A DNA stretch of 64,000 nt from Lingula anatina (lineage: Eukaryota > Animalia > Brachiopoda): contig CM120649.1 in the NCBI GenBank assembly GCA_051362555.1, positions 10,540,001 to 10,604,000 of the forward strand, written 5' to 3'. Shown here piece after piece: positions 1 to 13,507 of this stretch (within the stretch, counting starts at the first letter, position 1; the number at the start of each line of letters is the position of its first letter). The notes under the pieces were generated by a model. That model did no database searches and was not told the origin of the DNA. It saw only the letters and a program-made list of their open reading frames with translations. The position numbers and the translations under genes are program-made.

Positions 1-3000
1 GAGTGAGAATTTATGAAAACAAATATTTCAATATTCCAATAAATCATTTTATCTCAAATAAAACATCAGATGTGATGACTTGTGTTTGTTTGTGTAGGAA
101 GTGGCAAATTACCTATTATTGTCTTCTGAAAAGCAACATATACCCAATCAAGACTTCTCCTTACTACCAATACAAGATGCAGATTCCTCCTAACAGTGGG
201 TTTCTGGAATGAGGCTGTTAGAACACCATTTCACCATGTCCTAGATCTCCCACATATCATGTATTGTACACATGGATGAGACATAGCACTGCTCTTGATG
301 TTGTCCTTCACTGCCTGTTTTTTCTATAGGCATTAACCATGAATAGACAGATAGAGGCCGTCCACCAACAAGCCACCAGGCTGCAAGGAAAGGTTTACCT
401 GCAAAAAGGGCAAAGTCCATGGCGTAAAATATTTAAACGTTAATAATTTTAACAAATCTGGTCCAATGTTTGTGAAATTTGTACAAATGATGCCTAATAA
501 AAATAAAAATCTGACATAATCTAAGCAGTTGACTGTGTGTAATGAAAATGATTTTTCAGACAATATATTCGAGAAACCTCAAAATTACATTGAAAACACT
601 GGCAAATTCAATGGCTTAAAATAGTTAAACGTTAATAATTTTGACAAATCTGGTCACATGTTTGTGAAATTTGTACAAATGATGCCTAATAACAGTAAAA
701 GTCTGAGATAAAATTATCAGTTGACTGTGTGTAATTAAAGTGACTTTTCAGACAATATATTCGAGAAAATAGAAAATGACGTTGAAAACATTGGCAAATT
801 CCAAGGCTTAAAATAGTTAAACGTTAATGATTTTCACAAATCTGGTCATATGTTTGTGAAATTTGTACAAATGATGCCTAATAACAATAAAAATCTGAAA
901 TAAGCTTACCACTTCACTGTTTCTAATTTAAGTGTATTTTATTAGCAATTGATTCCAGAAGAGTGAGAATTTATGAAAACAAATATTTCAATATTCCAAT
1001 AAATCATTTTATCTCAAATAAAACATCAGATGTGATGACTTGTGTTTGTTTGTGTAGGAAGTGGCAAATTACCTATTATTGTCTTCTGAAAAGCAACATA
1101 TACCCAATCAAGACTTCTCCTTACTACTAATACCAGATGCAGATTCCTCCTTACAGTGGCTTTCTGGAATGAGGTTGTTAGCACACCATTTCACCATGTC
1201 CTAGATCTTCCCACATATCATGTATTGTACACATGGATGAGACATAGCACTGCTCTTGATGTTGTCTTTCACTGCCTGTTTTTTCTATAGGCATTAACCA
1301 TGGATAGACAGATTGAGTCCGTCAACCAACAAGCCACCAGGCTGCAAGGAAATGTTTACCTGGAAAAAGGGCAAAGTCCATGGTGTAAAATAGTTATACG
1401 TTAATAATTTTAACAAATCTGGTCCAATGTTTGTGAAATTTGTACAAATGATGCCTAATAACAGTAAAAATCTGAGATAAAATTATCAGTTGACTGTGTG
1501 TAATTAAAGTGATTTTTCAGACAATATATTTGAGAAACCTCAAAATTACGTTGAAAACACTGGCAAATTCAACGGCTTAAAATAGTTAAACGTTAATAAT
1601 TTTGTCAAATATGGTTTAATATTTGTGAAATTTGAAAAAAAAGTGCCTAAGAGCAATAAAAATCTGACATAAGCTTATCAGTTGACTACGTGTAATCAAA
1701 GCAATTTTTTGCATAATATATCCGAGAAAACCGAAAATTACGTTGAAAACATTGGCAAATTCCAAGGCTTAAAATAGTTAAACGTTAATAATTTTGACAA
1801 ATCTGGTCATATGTTTGTGAAATTTGTACAAATGATGCCTAATATCAATAAAAATCTGAAATAAGCTTATCACTTCACTGTTTCTAATTTAAGTGTATTT
1901 TAATAGCAATTGATTCCAGAAGAGTGAGAATTTATGAAAACAAATATTTCAATATTCCAATAAATCATTTTATCTTAAATAAAACATCAGATGTGATGAC
2001 TTGTGTTTGTTTGTGTAGGAAGTGGCAAATTACCTATTATTGTCTTCTGAAAAGCAACATATACCCAATCAAGACTTCTCCTTACTACCAATATCAGATG
2101 CAGATTCCTCCTTACAGTGGCTTTCTGGAATCAGGCTGTTAAAACACCATTTCACCATGTCCTAGATCTCCCACATATCATGTATTGTACACATGGATGA
2201 GACATAGCACTGCTCTTGATGTTGTCCTTCACTGCCTGTTTTTTCTATAGGCATTAACCATGAATAGACAGATAGAGGCCGTCCACCAACAAGCCACCAG
2301 GCTGCAAGGAAAGGTTTACCTGCAAAAAGGGCAAAGTCCATGGCGTAAAATATTTAAACGTTAATAATTTTAACAAATCTGGTCCAATGTTTGTGAAATT
2401 TGTACAAATGATGCCTAATAAAAATAAAAATCTGACATAATCTAAGCAGTTGACTGTGTGTAATGAAAATGATTTTTCAGACAATATATTCGAGAAACCT
2501 CAAAATTACATTGAAAACACTGGCAAATTCAATGGCTTAAAATAGTTAAACGTTAATAATTTTGACAAATCTGGTCACATGTTTGTGAAATTTGTACAAA
2601 TGATGCCTAATAACAGTAAAAGTCTGAGATAAAATTATCAGTTGACTGTGTGTAATTAAAGTGACTTTTCAGACAATATATTCGAGAAAATAGAAAATGA
2701 CGTTGAAAACATTGGCAAATTCCAAGGCTTAAAATAGTTAAACGTTAATGATTTTCACAAATCTGGTCATATGTTTGTGAAATTTGTACAAATGATGCCT
2801 AATAACAATAAAAATCTGAAATAAGCTTACCACTTCACTGTTTCTAATTTAAGTGTATTTTATTAGCAATTGATTCCAGAAGAGTGAGAATTTATGAAAA
2901 CAAATATTTCAATATTCCAATAAATCATTTTATCTCAAATAAAACATCAGATGTGATGACTTGTGTTTGTTTGTGTAGGAAGTGGCAAATTACCTATTAT

Positions 3001-4975
3001 TGTCTTCTGAAAAGCAACATATACCCAATCAAGACTTCTCCTTACTACTAATACCAGATGCAGATTCCTCCTTACAGTGGCTTTCTGGAATGAGGTTGTT
3101 AGCACACCATTTCACCATGTCCTAGATCTTCCCACATATCATGTATTGTACACATGGATGAGACATAGCACTGCTCTTGATGTTGTCTTTCACTGCCTGT
3201 TTTTTCTATAGGCATTAACCATGGATAGACAGATTGAGTCCGTCAACCAACAAGCCACCAGGCTGCAAGGAAATGTTTACCTGGAAAAAGGGCAAAGTCC
3301 ATGGTGTAAAATAGTTATACGTTAATAATTTTAACAAATCTGGTCCAATGTTTGTGAAATTTGTACAAATGATGCCTAATAACAGTAAAAATCTGAGATA
3401 AAATTATCAGTTGACTGTGTGTAATTAAAGTGATTTTTCAGACAATATATTTGAGAAACCTCAAAATTACGTTGAAAACACTGGCAAATTCAACGGCTTA
3501 AAATAGTTAAACGTTAATAATTTTGTCAAATATGGTTTAATATTTGTGAAATTTGAAAAAAAAGTGCCTAAGAGCAATAAAAATCTGACATAAGCTTATC
3601 AGTTGACTACGTGTAATCAAAGCAATTTTTTGCATAATATATCCGAGAAAACCGAAAATTACGTTGAAAACATTGGCAAATTCCAAGGCTTAAAATAGTT
3701 AAACGTTAATAATTTTGACAAATCTGGTCATATGTTTGTGAAATTTGTACAAATGATGCCTAATATCAATAAAAATCTGAAATAAGCTTATCACTTCACT
3801 GTTTCTAATTTAAGTGTATTTTAATAGCAATTGATTCCAGAAGAGTGAGAATTTATGAAAACAAATATTTCAATATTCCAATAAATCATTTTATCTTAAA
3901 TAAAACATCAGATGTGATGACTTGTGTTTGTTTGTGTAGGAAGTGGCAAATTACCTATTATTGTCTTCTGAAAAGCAACATATACCCAATCAAGACTTCT
4001 CCTTACTACCAATATCAGATGCAGATTCCTCCTTACAGTGGCTTTCTGGAATCAGGCTGTTAAAACACCATTTCACCATGGCCTAGATCTTCCCATATAT
4101 CATGTAATTGTACACATGGATGAGACATAGCACTGCTCTTGATGTTGTCTTTCACTGCCCGTTTTTTTTCTACACGCATTAACCATGAATAGACAGATAG
4201 AGTCCGTCAACCAACAAGCCACCAGGCCGCAAGGAAAGTTTTACCTGGAGAAAGGGCAAAGTCCATGGCTTAAAATAGTTAAACGTTAATAATTTTGACA
4301 AATCTGGTCATATGTTTGTGAAATTTGTACAAATGATGCCTAATAACAATAAAAATCTGAAATAAGTTGATCACTTCACTGTTTCTAATTTAAGTGTATT
4401 TTATTACCAATTGATTTTGGAAGAGTGAGAATTAATCAAAAGCAAATATTTCAATATTCCAATAAATCATTTTATCTCAAATAAAACATCAGATGTGATG
4501 ACTTGTGTTTGTTTGTGTAGGAAGTGGCAAATTACCTATTATTGTCTTCTGAAAAGCAACATATACCCAATCAAGACTTCTCCTTACTACCAATACCAGA
4601 TGCAGATTCCTCCTTACAGTGGGTTTCTGGAATCAGGCTGTTAGAACACCACTTCACCATGTCCTAGATCTTCCCACATATCATGTATTGTACACATGGA
4701 TGAGACATGGCACTGCTCTTTTGATGTTGTCTTTCACTGCCCATTTTTTTTTCTATACACATTAGCCATGAATAGACAGATAGAGTCCGTCAACCAACAA
4801 GCCACCAGGCTGCAAGGAAAGGTTTACCTGGAAAAAGGGCAAAGTCCATGGCGTAAAATAGTTAAACGTTAATAATTTTAACAAATATAGTCCATAAAAA
4901 ATCTGTAAAAATCTGAGATAAAATTATCAGCTGACTGTGTGTAATCAAAGTGATTTTTCAGACAATATATTCCAT
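1..4975. repeat. Hierarchical tandem array: ~960-bp monomers (each with up to three ~191-bp subrepeats) arranged as a 1921-bp A/B dimer; runs off the window start
   Basis: GAGTGAGAATT recurs at 1, 961, 1922, 2882, 3843 and 4423. Internal AAATAGTTAAACGTTAATAATTTT subrepeats occur at ~426, ~618 and ~810. Alternate monomers are near-identical (the same short ORFs recur at 333/2254 and 1924/3845). Confidence 0.97.
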
Positions 4976-5937
4976 TTTAGATTGGCACTCTTAACTCAAT
5001 TTTAAAGGACATCTGCTGTAATGTTGCATCTTTAGTTGGCCCAGCATGCTTCAAAATGAGGCACAACACCATACTCAATGCGGGAATGGTGCAGTCCAGA
5101 TGCAACACTGTAATGTGTTGTTATACTTGTATGGCTACATATGAATGAATTCCTAAAATTAGAATGAGCTAGATATAAACACAAGTTTTATCTTCCGAAA
5201 GGTCGTTTTATCCAGAATGTTATACTTTTGAAATTTTTAGATTATTTCTAAAATTAAAGGAAATATCATTTTTTTTTTTTTTTAATATGGATATTAGGGC
5301 AAAAGTGTCCTCTCATTTTTGTTAGAAAGCTGTGATCACTGAGCGCTTTTGTGCCAACTAAAAACATACTTCGCCTTGATCAATTTTCATGGGGTTTGCT
5401 GCATAAGATCACAAATGTTCTATACTTTCACAAAGTATTAACATTTAGGCGTAGAAAATATTTGTACAGGTTGTTAAACGAGGCGCCTCAGTGGTCGCTG
5501 GTCACAGACGGGCTCGTGCTTCTGCAGGGCATGATTGACTGTGGCACCTCTAGAGCATTCTGATATACCTGCCAACAGAATTGCTACAACAAAGTCCTCA
5601 TCCTTCTGTCATCAAGAATGTCTTTGTATGCATTAAAAGGGATGCAGGGGTCGTGGAATGTCCTACAGCTTCAGATCAAACTTTAATGGGTACTCGTAAA
5701 TATATCTTGTCCTTGGTATAACGTTATTTCTTAACGTGTAATGTATCACCGCTCCGCCGAACTATGTAGGTCAAAGAAAACCCGCAGTGAATACTCGGTC
5801 ACATCTCGGTACATCCGGTCACATTTCAGCGCGCTGCAGTTTCACTCTGCGTCCCAAGTTATTATATCTTTTGATTTTTCGTTTAGATATTGATTGATTA
5901 TATAAATTTAACATAAAAAGGTAATTATATTATTATT

Positions 5938-6105
5938 GTTATTACTATTTATTATTTTTATTTATTATTTTATTTATTTTTTTATTTATTATTTGTTTCA
6001 ACTTTTGCTGGATCTCAGCACTGCTAACACAACGCTCAATTTCAAGTTACCAGTTATAATGGAGTATTTCAGGACTTTCACATTTAGAGTAATTACCTTT
6101 AAAAA
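5938..6105 (+). repeat. Dispersed ~170-bp repeat, copy 1 (copy 2 at 29476-29638)
   Basis: CAACTTTTGCTGGATCT(C/T)AGCACTGCTAACACAACGCTCAATTTCAAGTTACCAGT...ATGGAGTATTTCAGGACTTTCACATTTAGAGTAATTACCTTTAAAA is shared almost identically. Confidence 0.85.
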
Positions 6106-7332
6106 TATACTACACGCACTTGAAAATACCCTTTACCTAAATATCCTGCAAAGCTACGAGTACATGCAGGCATACTTAACATTTAGGCCTATAGACTGTG
6201 CTAAAGACTGCACTAAACTGCCCCAGAACTTAGAACTTCTAAGAAAGAAGACTATGAGATTTTGTCCTCAATGATTCCAAGCATATTTTTCACAGTGCCT
6301 GGTAACGCAGGTCTTTCAAATGTTTTTAATGCAGTTTTGTCGTGTTTCGTGTAAAACACATGACTGTTCCCAATCAACATTATCTTCTATCTAAACATGA
6401 GGGTCCCGCTTGGAAGGTGGGTGGGTGGGTGGGGGGGGGGGGGGTGATCACAGTTCACGGCCGCGGGAAATAAAATCATTGAATCACAAATCAAATAAAT
6501 TAATTTTAAAACTTCATTCATATCTCAATGAAAATGCGAGTCCGACGAGCTGAAAATAACTATCACCGAGTACGAAGACTTCGTTTCACTAGGGACGAGG
6601 GAAAAAACCCGCATGAATTCACGAGTCACGGGAATGGGGTGCTTTGAGGATGACGCTTATTAATAAAAACGTTTCGAGCATCTCGTGGGAATGACAAGTG
6701 GCTTTTACGGAAATACCCAATGGGACCTGCAATCATTGTTTTTAAATAAAATGAAGATTTTATTAATGGCTAAAATATATCATAGACATCAAACAACTAA
6801 AATTAATGATTTGCAGCAAAAAGACGCCACGAAGGATTTGGCAGTTTTTAAAAGCCAGGCGATATGCAAAAGTAGCTGCAAGTTATTTATTGCCTTATTT
6901 AAGATATTTTTTGAGATGTTTGTTTCTAATGGAAAATAAGCTAATAGGCGAAAGTGAGATGGTGTTACGAGCGACAGTAACGAAGGTTTAAAACAGTCCG
7001 CATTTTCAAAATATGATTAGCACAGGTGCTGAGCTAACTTATGCAACGATTTTCGTGTGCATCGAAAGATTCAAGAGAGAGCAAGAGAGACAAAGTATTG
7101 TTATTATTATTAATCTACCCAAAGTACCTCTGTGTTGGAAGTTTGACTCCCTTGAGGACTCAGATGATAGCTGTCGTCAATACTAATTTTACATAACGTA
7201 TCAAACGCGGTCGTCCTTTGCGTTCAAATCATAAACAAGAATCTTTCTTTAAAAATTACTAAAGACATCTTTAGATTTTATCTCTGAATATTCGGTTAAA
7301 AATTTGTCTGTGACTCTGGTAGAGTGTAGTAT

Positions 7333-7402
7333 CTCTCTCTCTCTCCGGCTCTCCCCCCTCTCTCTCTCTCTCCGGCTCTTCCCCCTCCCCCTCTCTCTCT
7401 CT
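7333..7402. repeat. (CT)n-rich compound microsatellite
   Basis: CT runs interrupted by a duplicated CCGGCTCT/CCCCC motif. Confidence 0.8.
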
Positions 7403-8127
7403 TTGCGGTTTTCTCTGGCCTCATTCACAACCAGTCAGTCCTCGGACCAGAATCAGAAAACAGACCTCTTTTATGATAATTAACTGTTATGACTGATAAA
7501 TAAAACTACATATTTTTCATTCGACCGCCTCTTCCGTATCTTTACGTAAAAAAAATTACACTAAAAACACATATATACAGGTTAACTATGACCAAAATAA
7601 GAAAAAACAAGCAGACTACTGGGATACGTGACGTGTGCTACAAAAGGGACGGGAAGTTAAAAGTGCGCGATAATAGTTAAAGTCTTGAAGATTCCGTAAC
7701 AATAAAACAAGAATAATATTCGTTGAGATATCCATTAAGTCCTTCTTAAAAGTCTTTGATATTTAAATGACCTTCTGCTCGACAATCCTTCTTTGTCTTG
7801 TGTCGCATATATGTCCTTTTAAAATGGTGACTGTTTATGATGCGGTGGTGCTTTAAGTTTCGAACAGGACGTAAGACAGTTTTTCTATCGTTTATCGCAT
7901 AGCTATCAATTATCTACGCTTGTATTTTTATTACAGATACAAGCAAGGCAAGCAAAAAGTATCTGGCAATGAATCGCAAACTGCTGCTGTTGCAACTCCG
8001 ACATAAAGTAGATATTGCAAACATATATCGGCACATGAACCAATAAGATATCGGACAACTTTCATGGAAAATAAACTGAACTTTAATTAAATCTGGAGAT
8101 TATTTTGTTTATTATCATTTCGAATAT

Positions 8128-8598
8128 AGGGGAGACCGGGGCTAGTTGGACCCCGGAGTATGTTGGCCCCTGTCATTTTATGAAAAAGTAACTACAAAGG
8201 GAAAAAAAAAAATTGGCCACATACTCTTGTAAAGTGACCGTAGCCTACAATGCTAAGGAAGTGTCGGGCGTTAAAGAGTTTTTTTATTAAGCGATGAGTC
8301 CAAATAAACGATTTTTGCACCTAAAAGTAATTTTGTTTAAGAGATTTAAAAATCTATTTTCATAGGCATTTATGTATAGGGCAACAATGGTCTCTAGCTC
8401 TGTTGCGCGCAAAACATTGTGGGTAATATGAGGGTCCAACTTGCCCCGAGTCAAGGGGGCCAACTAGCCCCGGGTGCAAATTTTTTATTTTTAAAAAAAA
8501 TTTGCACCCGGGGCTAGTTGGCCCCCTTGACTCGGGGCAAGTTGGACCCTCATATTACCCACAATGTTTTGCGCGCAACAGAGCTAGAGACCATTGTT
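8128..8598. mobile_element. Non-autonomous DNA transposon remnant whose distal part is folded back as a 216-bp palindrome (8383-8598)
   Basis: Starts TAGGGGAGACCGGGGCTAGTTGGACCCC with repeated GGGG-YAGTTGG-CCCC subterminal motifs. Positions 8383-8486 are mirrored by 8495-8598. Confidence 0.7.
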
Positions 8599-9325
8599 AA
8601 ATAATTACCAGTTTAAAACTGAATATGTTAGTTTATTTTAAAACGAAAATTTATTATTCGTTTTCATAGAAGTTCTCTACTTCTATGATTAAAACAAAAC
8701 AAGTTTTATTCATAGATATGTTGGTTATTGCAACATATAGAGCGTGACGTGCGGAAACCTCAATAAATCTGCCTCATTTGAACTATTTGTTCATCAAAGA
8801 CTCTCGGCACGTTCATCTTCATCATCATCAGTCGCAAGTTTTAACAGTGCATATCCGTATATACATGTAGGAGTGTTAACGTAGGAAATATCGTGCTAGA
8901 CAACGGATTCAAGGCATTCTTGTAAGCAGTATTTATCAAAAATGAAATCTGAACGACAAATACAGCTTCAAGCAAATGAATATAAAACATACAAACCCAT
9001 GATTTTGAAGCCAAACTGACGCGTTGTAATTGATTTTTTTTAATGATATCGGTACCTTGTCAAGACATGGCAGGAATAGGCCTACGTGAAAACGACATGC
9101 ACCCTCCCTACACATACACTAGACACACATACATACGCGCTCACACACACACACGCCGCACACACAGACAGGGAGAGAGAAATAGGGAGAGGGAGAGAGA
9201 GGGAAGGGGAGGGGGTGGCCAAATCCAATGCTTGAAGTACGTCGGTTCACTGTGTGTTCTAGCTAAATCATCATAAAAAACGAATCAGATCAAAATTATA
9301 ATAAAGTACGGAATGTGCAGACCAG

Positions 9326-9471
9326 GGCTCCGTATCTCGAAAGGTTCGCTATGTTGCGCACGTGCGCAAGTGTCTCGATTCCATGGCCCCGTATCTCGAA
9401 ATAGAATCGGTTATGGAATCGAGACACTAACGCTCGTGCGCAACATAGCGAACCTTTCGAGATACGAAGCC
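9326..9471. mobile_element. MITE, PIF/Harbinger-like (CAG target duplication)
   Basis: ~55-bp imperfect TIRs GGCTCCGTATCTCGAAAGGTTCGCTATGTTGCGCACG...CGTGCGCAACATAGCGAACCTTTCGAGATACGAAGCC, flanked by CAG on both sides. Confidence 0.75.
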
Positions 9472-11710
9472 CAGCATAATCAACAACTGTGGCCTTGGTT
9501 ACAAAACTGCGCTTCCCCGTCGCCAACGCTCTCAATTCAGGTCTATCATTTAAAATAAAATGTTTTATTGTATAAAATATAACATGCATAAATCCATAGA
9601 CTTCGGTCGAATAATCAAGCTGTGTGTAATACTGTGCTTGAACCCAAAAATTATGTTATAGAATGAATTCGCCCCCCCTCCCCCGCCCCGCTTTCTACCA
9701 TACAAACTCAGCATGTAGGAGTGCGAAAGCCATTTGAAAGTAGGTCAAAAGCTCGCGGATAGCATGTGCCATGGAAGGGTTCTGAGGGGAGATAGGTTAT
9801 CTCTATTTGCGTTTTTCTATTCTGCCAATTTTGAGTGGAAATATCAACATCTTTCATTGAAATTGGTCAATATAAGTTCAAATAATTCAATTTTCTTTCC
9901 TTTACCAAGTTATTCACCAGATGTTATAAATACAACATTTTCCTAGAAAACCTTTACCCCCTTTTGTGAATCCAATGTGCTATCAGCAGAGCACCTGCGT
10001 CTGACACCACGCTGGATGCTCCGCGCTCCCCGGGAGCTGAACAGTTAACGCGGTCCGCAAATTTTAAGGGAGAGTCAGATGAAATAGAGAAGGACCGAGG
10101 CATCTATAGAGTCCTACATGGTGAAGCTGAAGATGTGGGCTAGTGTTAATCCCTTTTTAAAACTTTGCAATATAATTTGCTTTCAGTAACCCCATGCAAC
10201 CAAAACATTTTGCTAGCACCTTGATACCTCCTTCACCACTGTCTCCCCCCTAAAACGGTCTACACTAAAAAATCAATAATCGTATGGCAATTTTATACAG
10301 GCAATTGACCTACTTTTATACCCATGCAGCTAACATCGAGTTTTATGGGTGTAGAGTGAAAACGTGATACACGTCTGTGATATAAAAGTTATTTCTAATT
10401 ACATAATTTACAAACAGTCCATGTGGATCAAAAGTGTCTCGATTTGTGAGCGAAACGGATCATTACTTTTTGAAAATAATGAAAAAATTGGAGAAAAGCC
10501 AAAAAAAAAAAAATTAATTTTTTCTCTTATATGCAAATTAAGTCCCCTGAAGTAATATATGACTGGCCGGAAGAGATGTTCAAATCAAAGATTTGTAATG
10601 ATAATGATCTTGATGGCCTTGATGATCTTAATGGTGATTTAAAAAAATCTTAGCAAAGTTTTCCGTTGTCATCTGGTGTGAAAGAAATTTTCTGCTCTAA
10701 CACAATCATTCCACAAGTGAAGAATACATAGTAAACGCGTTTCAGAGTTGTGCTGCAGATGACACTTTTGGGTGAAAATCGCATGCCTAGGATATTAGGT
10801 TATAATTATGATATATAGGAATAAATGCGTGTCTAAGGTTTCCATTAAAATTTTGACTGCATTTCTATTTATGTGTTCGACAAGGGTGAATTTTATTGGG
10901 ATATTTTCTCTCTTTCTCCATCTCTCCCTTTTTTAAGCGAAAATTAGGCATAACAGTCAAAATATTCAGAAGTAAAATTATTTCAAAGTTTACAATCTTC
11001 TTGGACACTACAATTCTTCGTCGTGGTGGTTCACGGGGAAATTTTTAAGACAAATTGTAATTGTATAAATTGATAATCATCCGATTACGCGCTTCTGTGA
11101 AAAATGCTTTATCAATGTATCCTGCTTTTTTGCAATTTCCACTGAAATTGAAATCTACCTTTTCCACCTCAAAAATACAAGCTTTTATACGGTTTCATGA
11201 TGTCCATAGCTGTTACTTTGTTGGTGGTATAAAATACCTTGGGTATCGCCCCTAAAATGTATACAAAGCGTCTTAGAAATTGATTTATTCTATTTTCAAT
11301 AAAAAAAGATGTTCCTGCTTAAAGTTCTTTATGTATCTTATGTAGAAAGTGAAAACAAGTATATAAATAATTTTTATTTATTTATTTTTATTTATTTTTT
11401 TATGTTTTGACAACCAGACAGAATTCGCTGGTTAAATAAGCCGCCACTTAGTACAAAGGGAAAGGGTTAAATTCCAATTTAAAAAAAAATCTTACTTTGT
11501 TACATGTTTAGGCCGACAAAATGAGTGATTTTCGTAGATACTTTGGAATAACTAAATACAAAAGAACAGAACAAACTTTGTTATATATCAATCGGAGGTT
11601 TTTCTAATTATGCATGGAAATATATGGAAATGATCAACAATAAATGTAAAACAATAACAATAGAAGTAATCTTAACTCAGCACTGACAGATTGACATACA
11701 TATCATCCTC

Positions 11711-11952
11711 AACTAGAAAAGCACTCCGAGAGCGCAGACCTCCGCTAAGGCAGCAATGTTTTTATTATTATTGATTATTGATTGATTGATTATTGATCCG
11801 GATCACCACCAAAAACTAATCATTTGTTCCTTGGCCCACTTCTGACGGTTCCTGAAAATTTCATCAAAATCGGTCCATAACTTTTTGAGTTATGTTGATG
11901 ACAGACAGACAAACAAACAGGGATGAAAACATAACCTCCTTGGCGGAGGTAA
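11711..11952 (+). mobile_element. DINE-1/HINE-like non-autonomous element (Helentron- or Crypton-associated type), copy 1
   Basis: AACTAGAAAAGCACTCC...CCTCCGCTAAGG 5' end, internal ACAG/ACAA microsatellite, 3' AACCTCCTTGGCGGAGGTAA hairpin/sub-TIR. A highly similar copy lies at 44453-44693. Confidence 0.75.
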
Positions 11953-13394
11953 TTATCTTTGTCCTACTGCTTGCCTCACCAAGCACAATTCTATGACTAC
12001 AGCGTTGCAATCAGGGCCAGACTGCAGGTTATTGCCTCCTAGTCAACCTTTGGTCTTGGTTAGTGAGACTTCTTCTGTTATCTTTTAACAAAATGCTTAA
12101 ATATCTTTTCAAAACATATTGATAAAAAGACCACGTAAGACTGATACCCATTGTTACAAACAAAAACTGCAATTTTTTTGGTAAGCCTAAAAACGTGTAT
12201 CAGCCACGCACGCTTTTTGGCCTTCATTAAAAAACTTTCTCCAGATGTTTGAAAAATTTATTAAGAAGGACCCTCTGCGGGGACCTTTGAACCTGCTTTA
12301 TAACACTAAGACATTTTTGATTATTCATGTTAATGCTTAATTAACTGAAGTAGACTACCTCGTGTACTTTATCTATTCCATATAGCACAAATCAGGGAGG
12401 TACGTCACGTGTGATGTTTTAGAGTGCGACGCACGGGAAGATGTCACATACATGCACACTTTAATGATAATAATATTCATTTATCCATTCGTTTATTTAT
12501 TGATTTAGATGTGCATTCCACTGTGATACATTACCATGCACTCTAAGGGTATATAATATAAAATTTCTAAAAATTACATTAGTAAAATCATACAAACTTA
12601 GTTAAAAGTTGTAAGCTATCTCTAAGTTTTTAGAGAGAGTTTCAGTTTTTTTAATATGAAAAAGGCACATAATTGCATTATTTTGGGTCATAAAATAAAA
12701 TCTTTGCTGACAAGTTCTGCGATTTTATGTTTTACTGACTCTTACACGAAAGGGCAAAACATAACGAATAACAAACACAGTCATATATAAATATATTTCT
12801 ACTTTAAAACAGTTATAAAATAAATAAAAAGGGGATCCATCATCAAACCAGATCTAAAGTTCATCTTTAGTTAGGTCGGTCACTGTCCACGACAAGGTAA
12901 ATCAACGGTGGATCCAGGTACATGAGACACGGCAGGCCACGTGCCTAACCCTTAGCTTTAGAGCCTCCTCCACCTCCCTCCCAGAATACAAGTGAAATCA
13001 GGCGGAGTTAAGCAGTTTTTACATCCCTGTGTTCTATATAAATATCATAATATGAATATAGTGTGTGAAATTACCTTCGTCTCATATTTCAATGTTTGCC
13101 GAATCAAGGAAGTATAATGTGCACTGTAGATACTCAGTGACAAATATGTTGTCCCCCCTTCGCCAAATCCTGTCCCAGTCAGTACTTTACTCATGTATTT
13201 ACTAAAAGTTTTATGATATGCTTAAATTGGCATCTTTGTTTATTTATATTTTAAAAGGGGTTTTATAGATGATTGCACTGACTTGCTGGTGTCGAACTAG
13301 AGCCATTACCTTTTATTAGTGGAAGTTGCCTCTCGATCATTACAAAGATTTCGCTCATAGGTGACACGTGTACTTATGTACTTATGTGGTTTTC

Positions 13395-13507
13395 AAGTGT
13401 GTTGAGAATAAATTCTAATTCATTTTACAAAGTGTGTTGAGAATAAATTCTAATTCATTTTACGAAGTGCGTTGAGAATAAATTCTATTTGTAATTCATT
13501 TTACGAA
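13395..13507. repeat. ~35-bp minisatellite, three copies
   Basis: AAGTGYGTTGAGAATAAATTCTA...ATTCATTTTAC repeated three times. Confidence 0.85.

Noticed and set aside
72-129. C/D-box-like motifs (GTGATGA ... CTGA) in each monomer
   Set aside because: Only ~58 nt apart, with no terminal stem and no recognisable rRNA antisense guide.
3-4063. Repeated short ORFs (69-76 aa) in the tandem array, one containing LQPGGLLV (methyltransferase-like)
   Set aside because: They use non-ATG starts, stops and indels differ between monomers, and there is no continuous frame; the motif match is probably chance.
9990-10143. GC-rich ~50-codon open stretch (APASDTTLDAPRSPG...) after a CAG
   Set aside because: No recognisable homology or partner exons; cannot be supported as coding.
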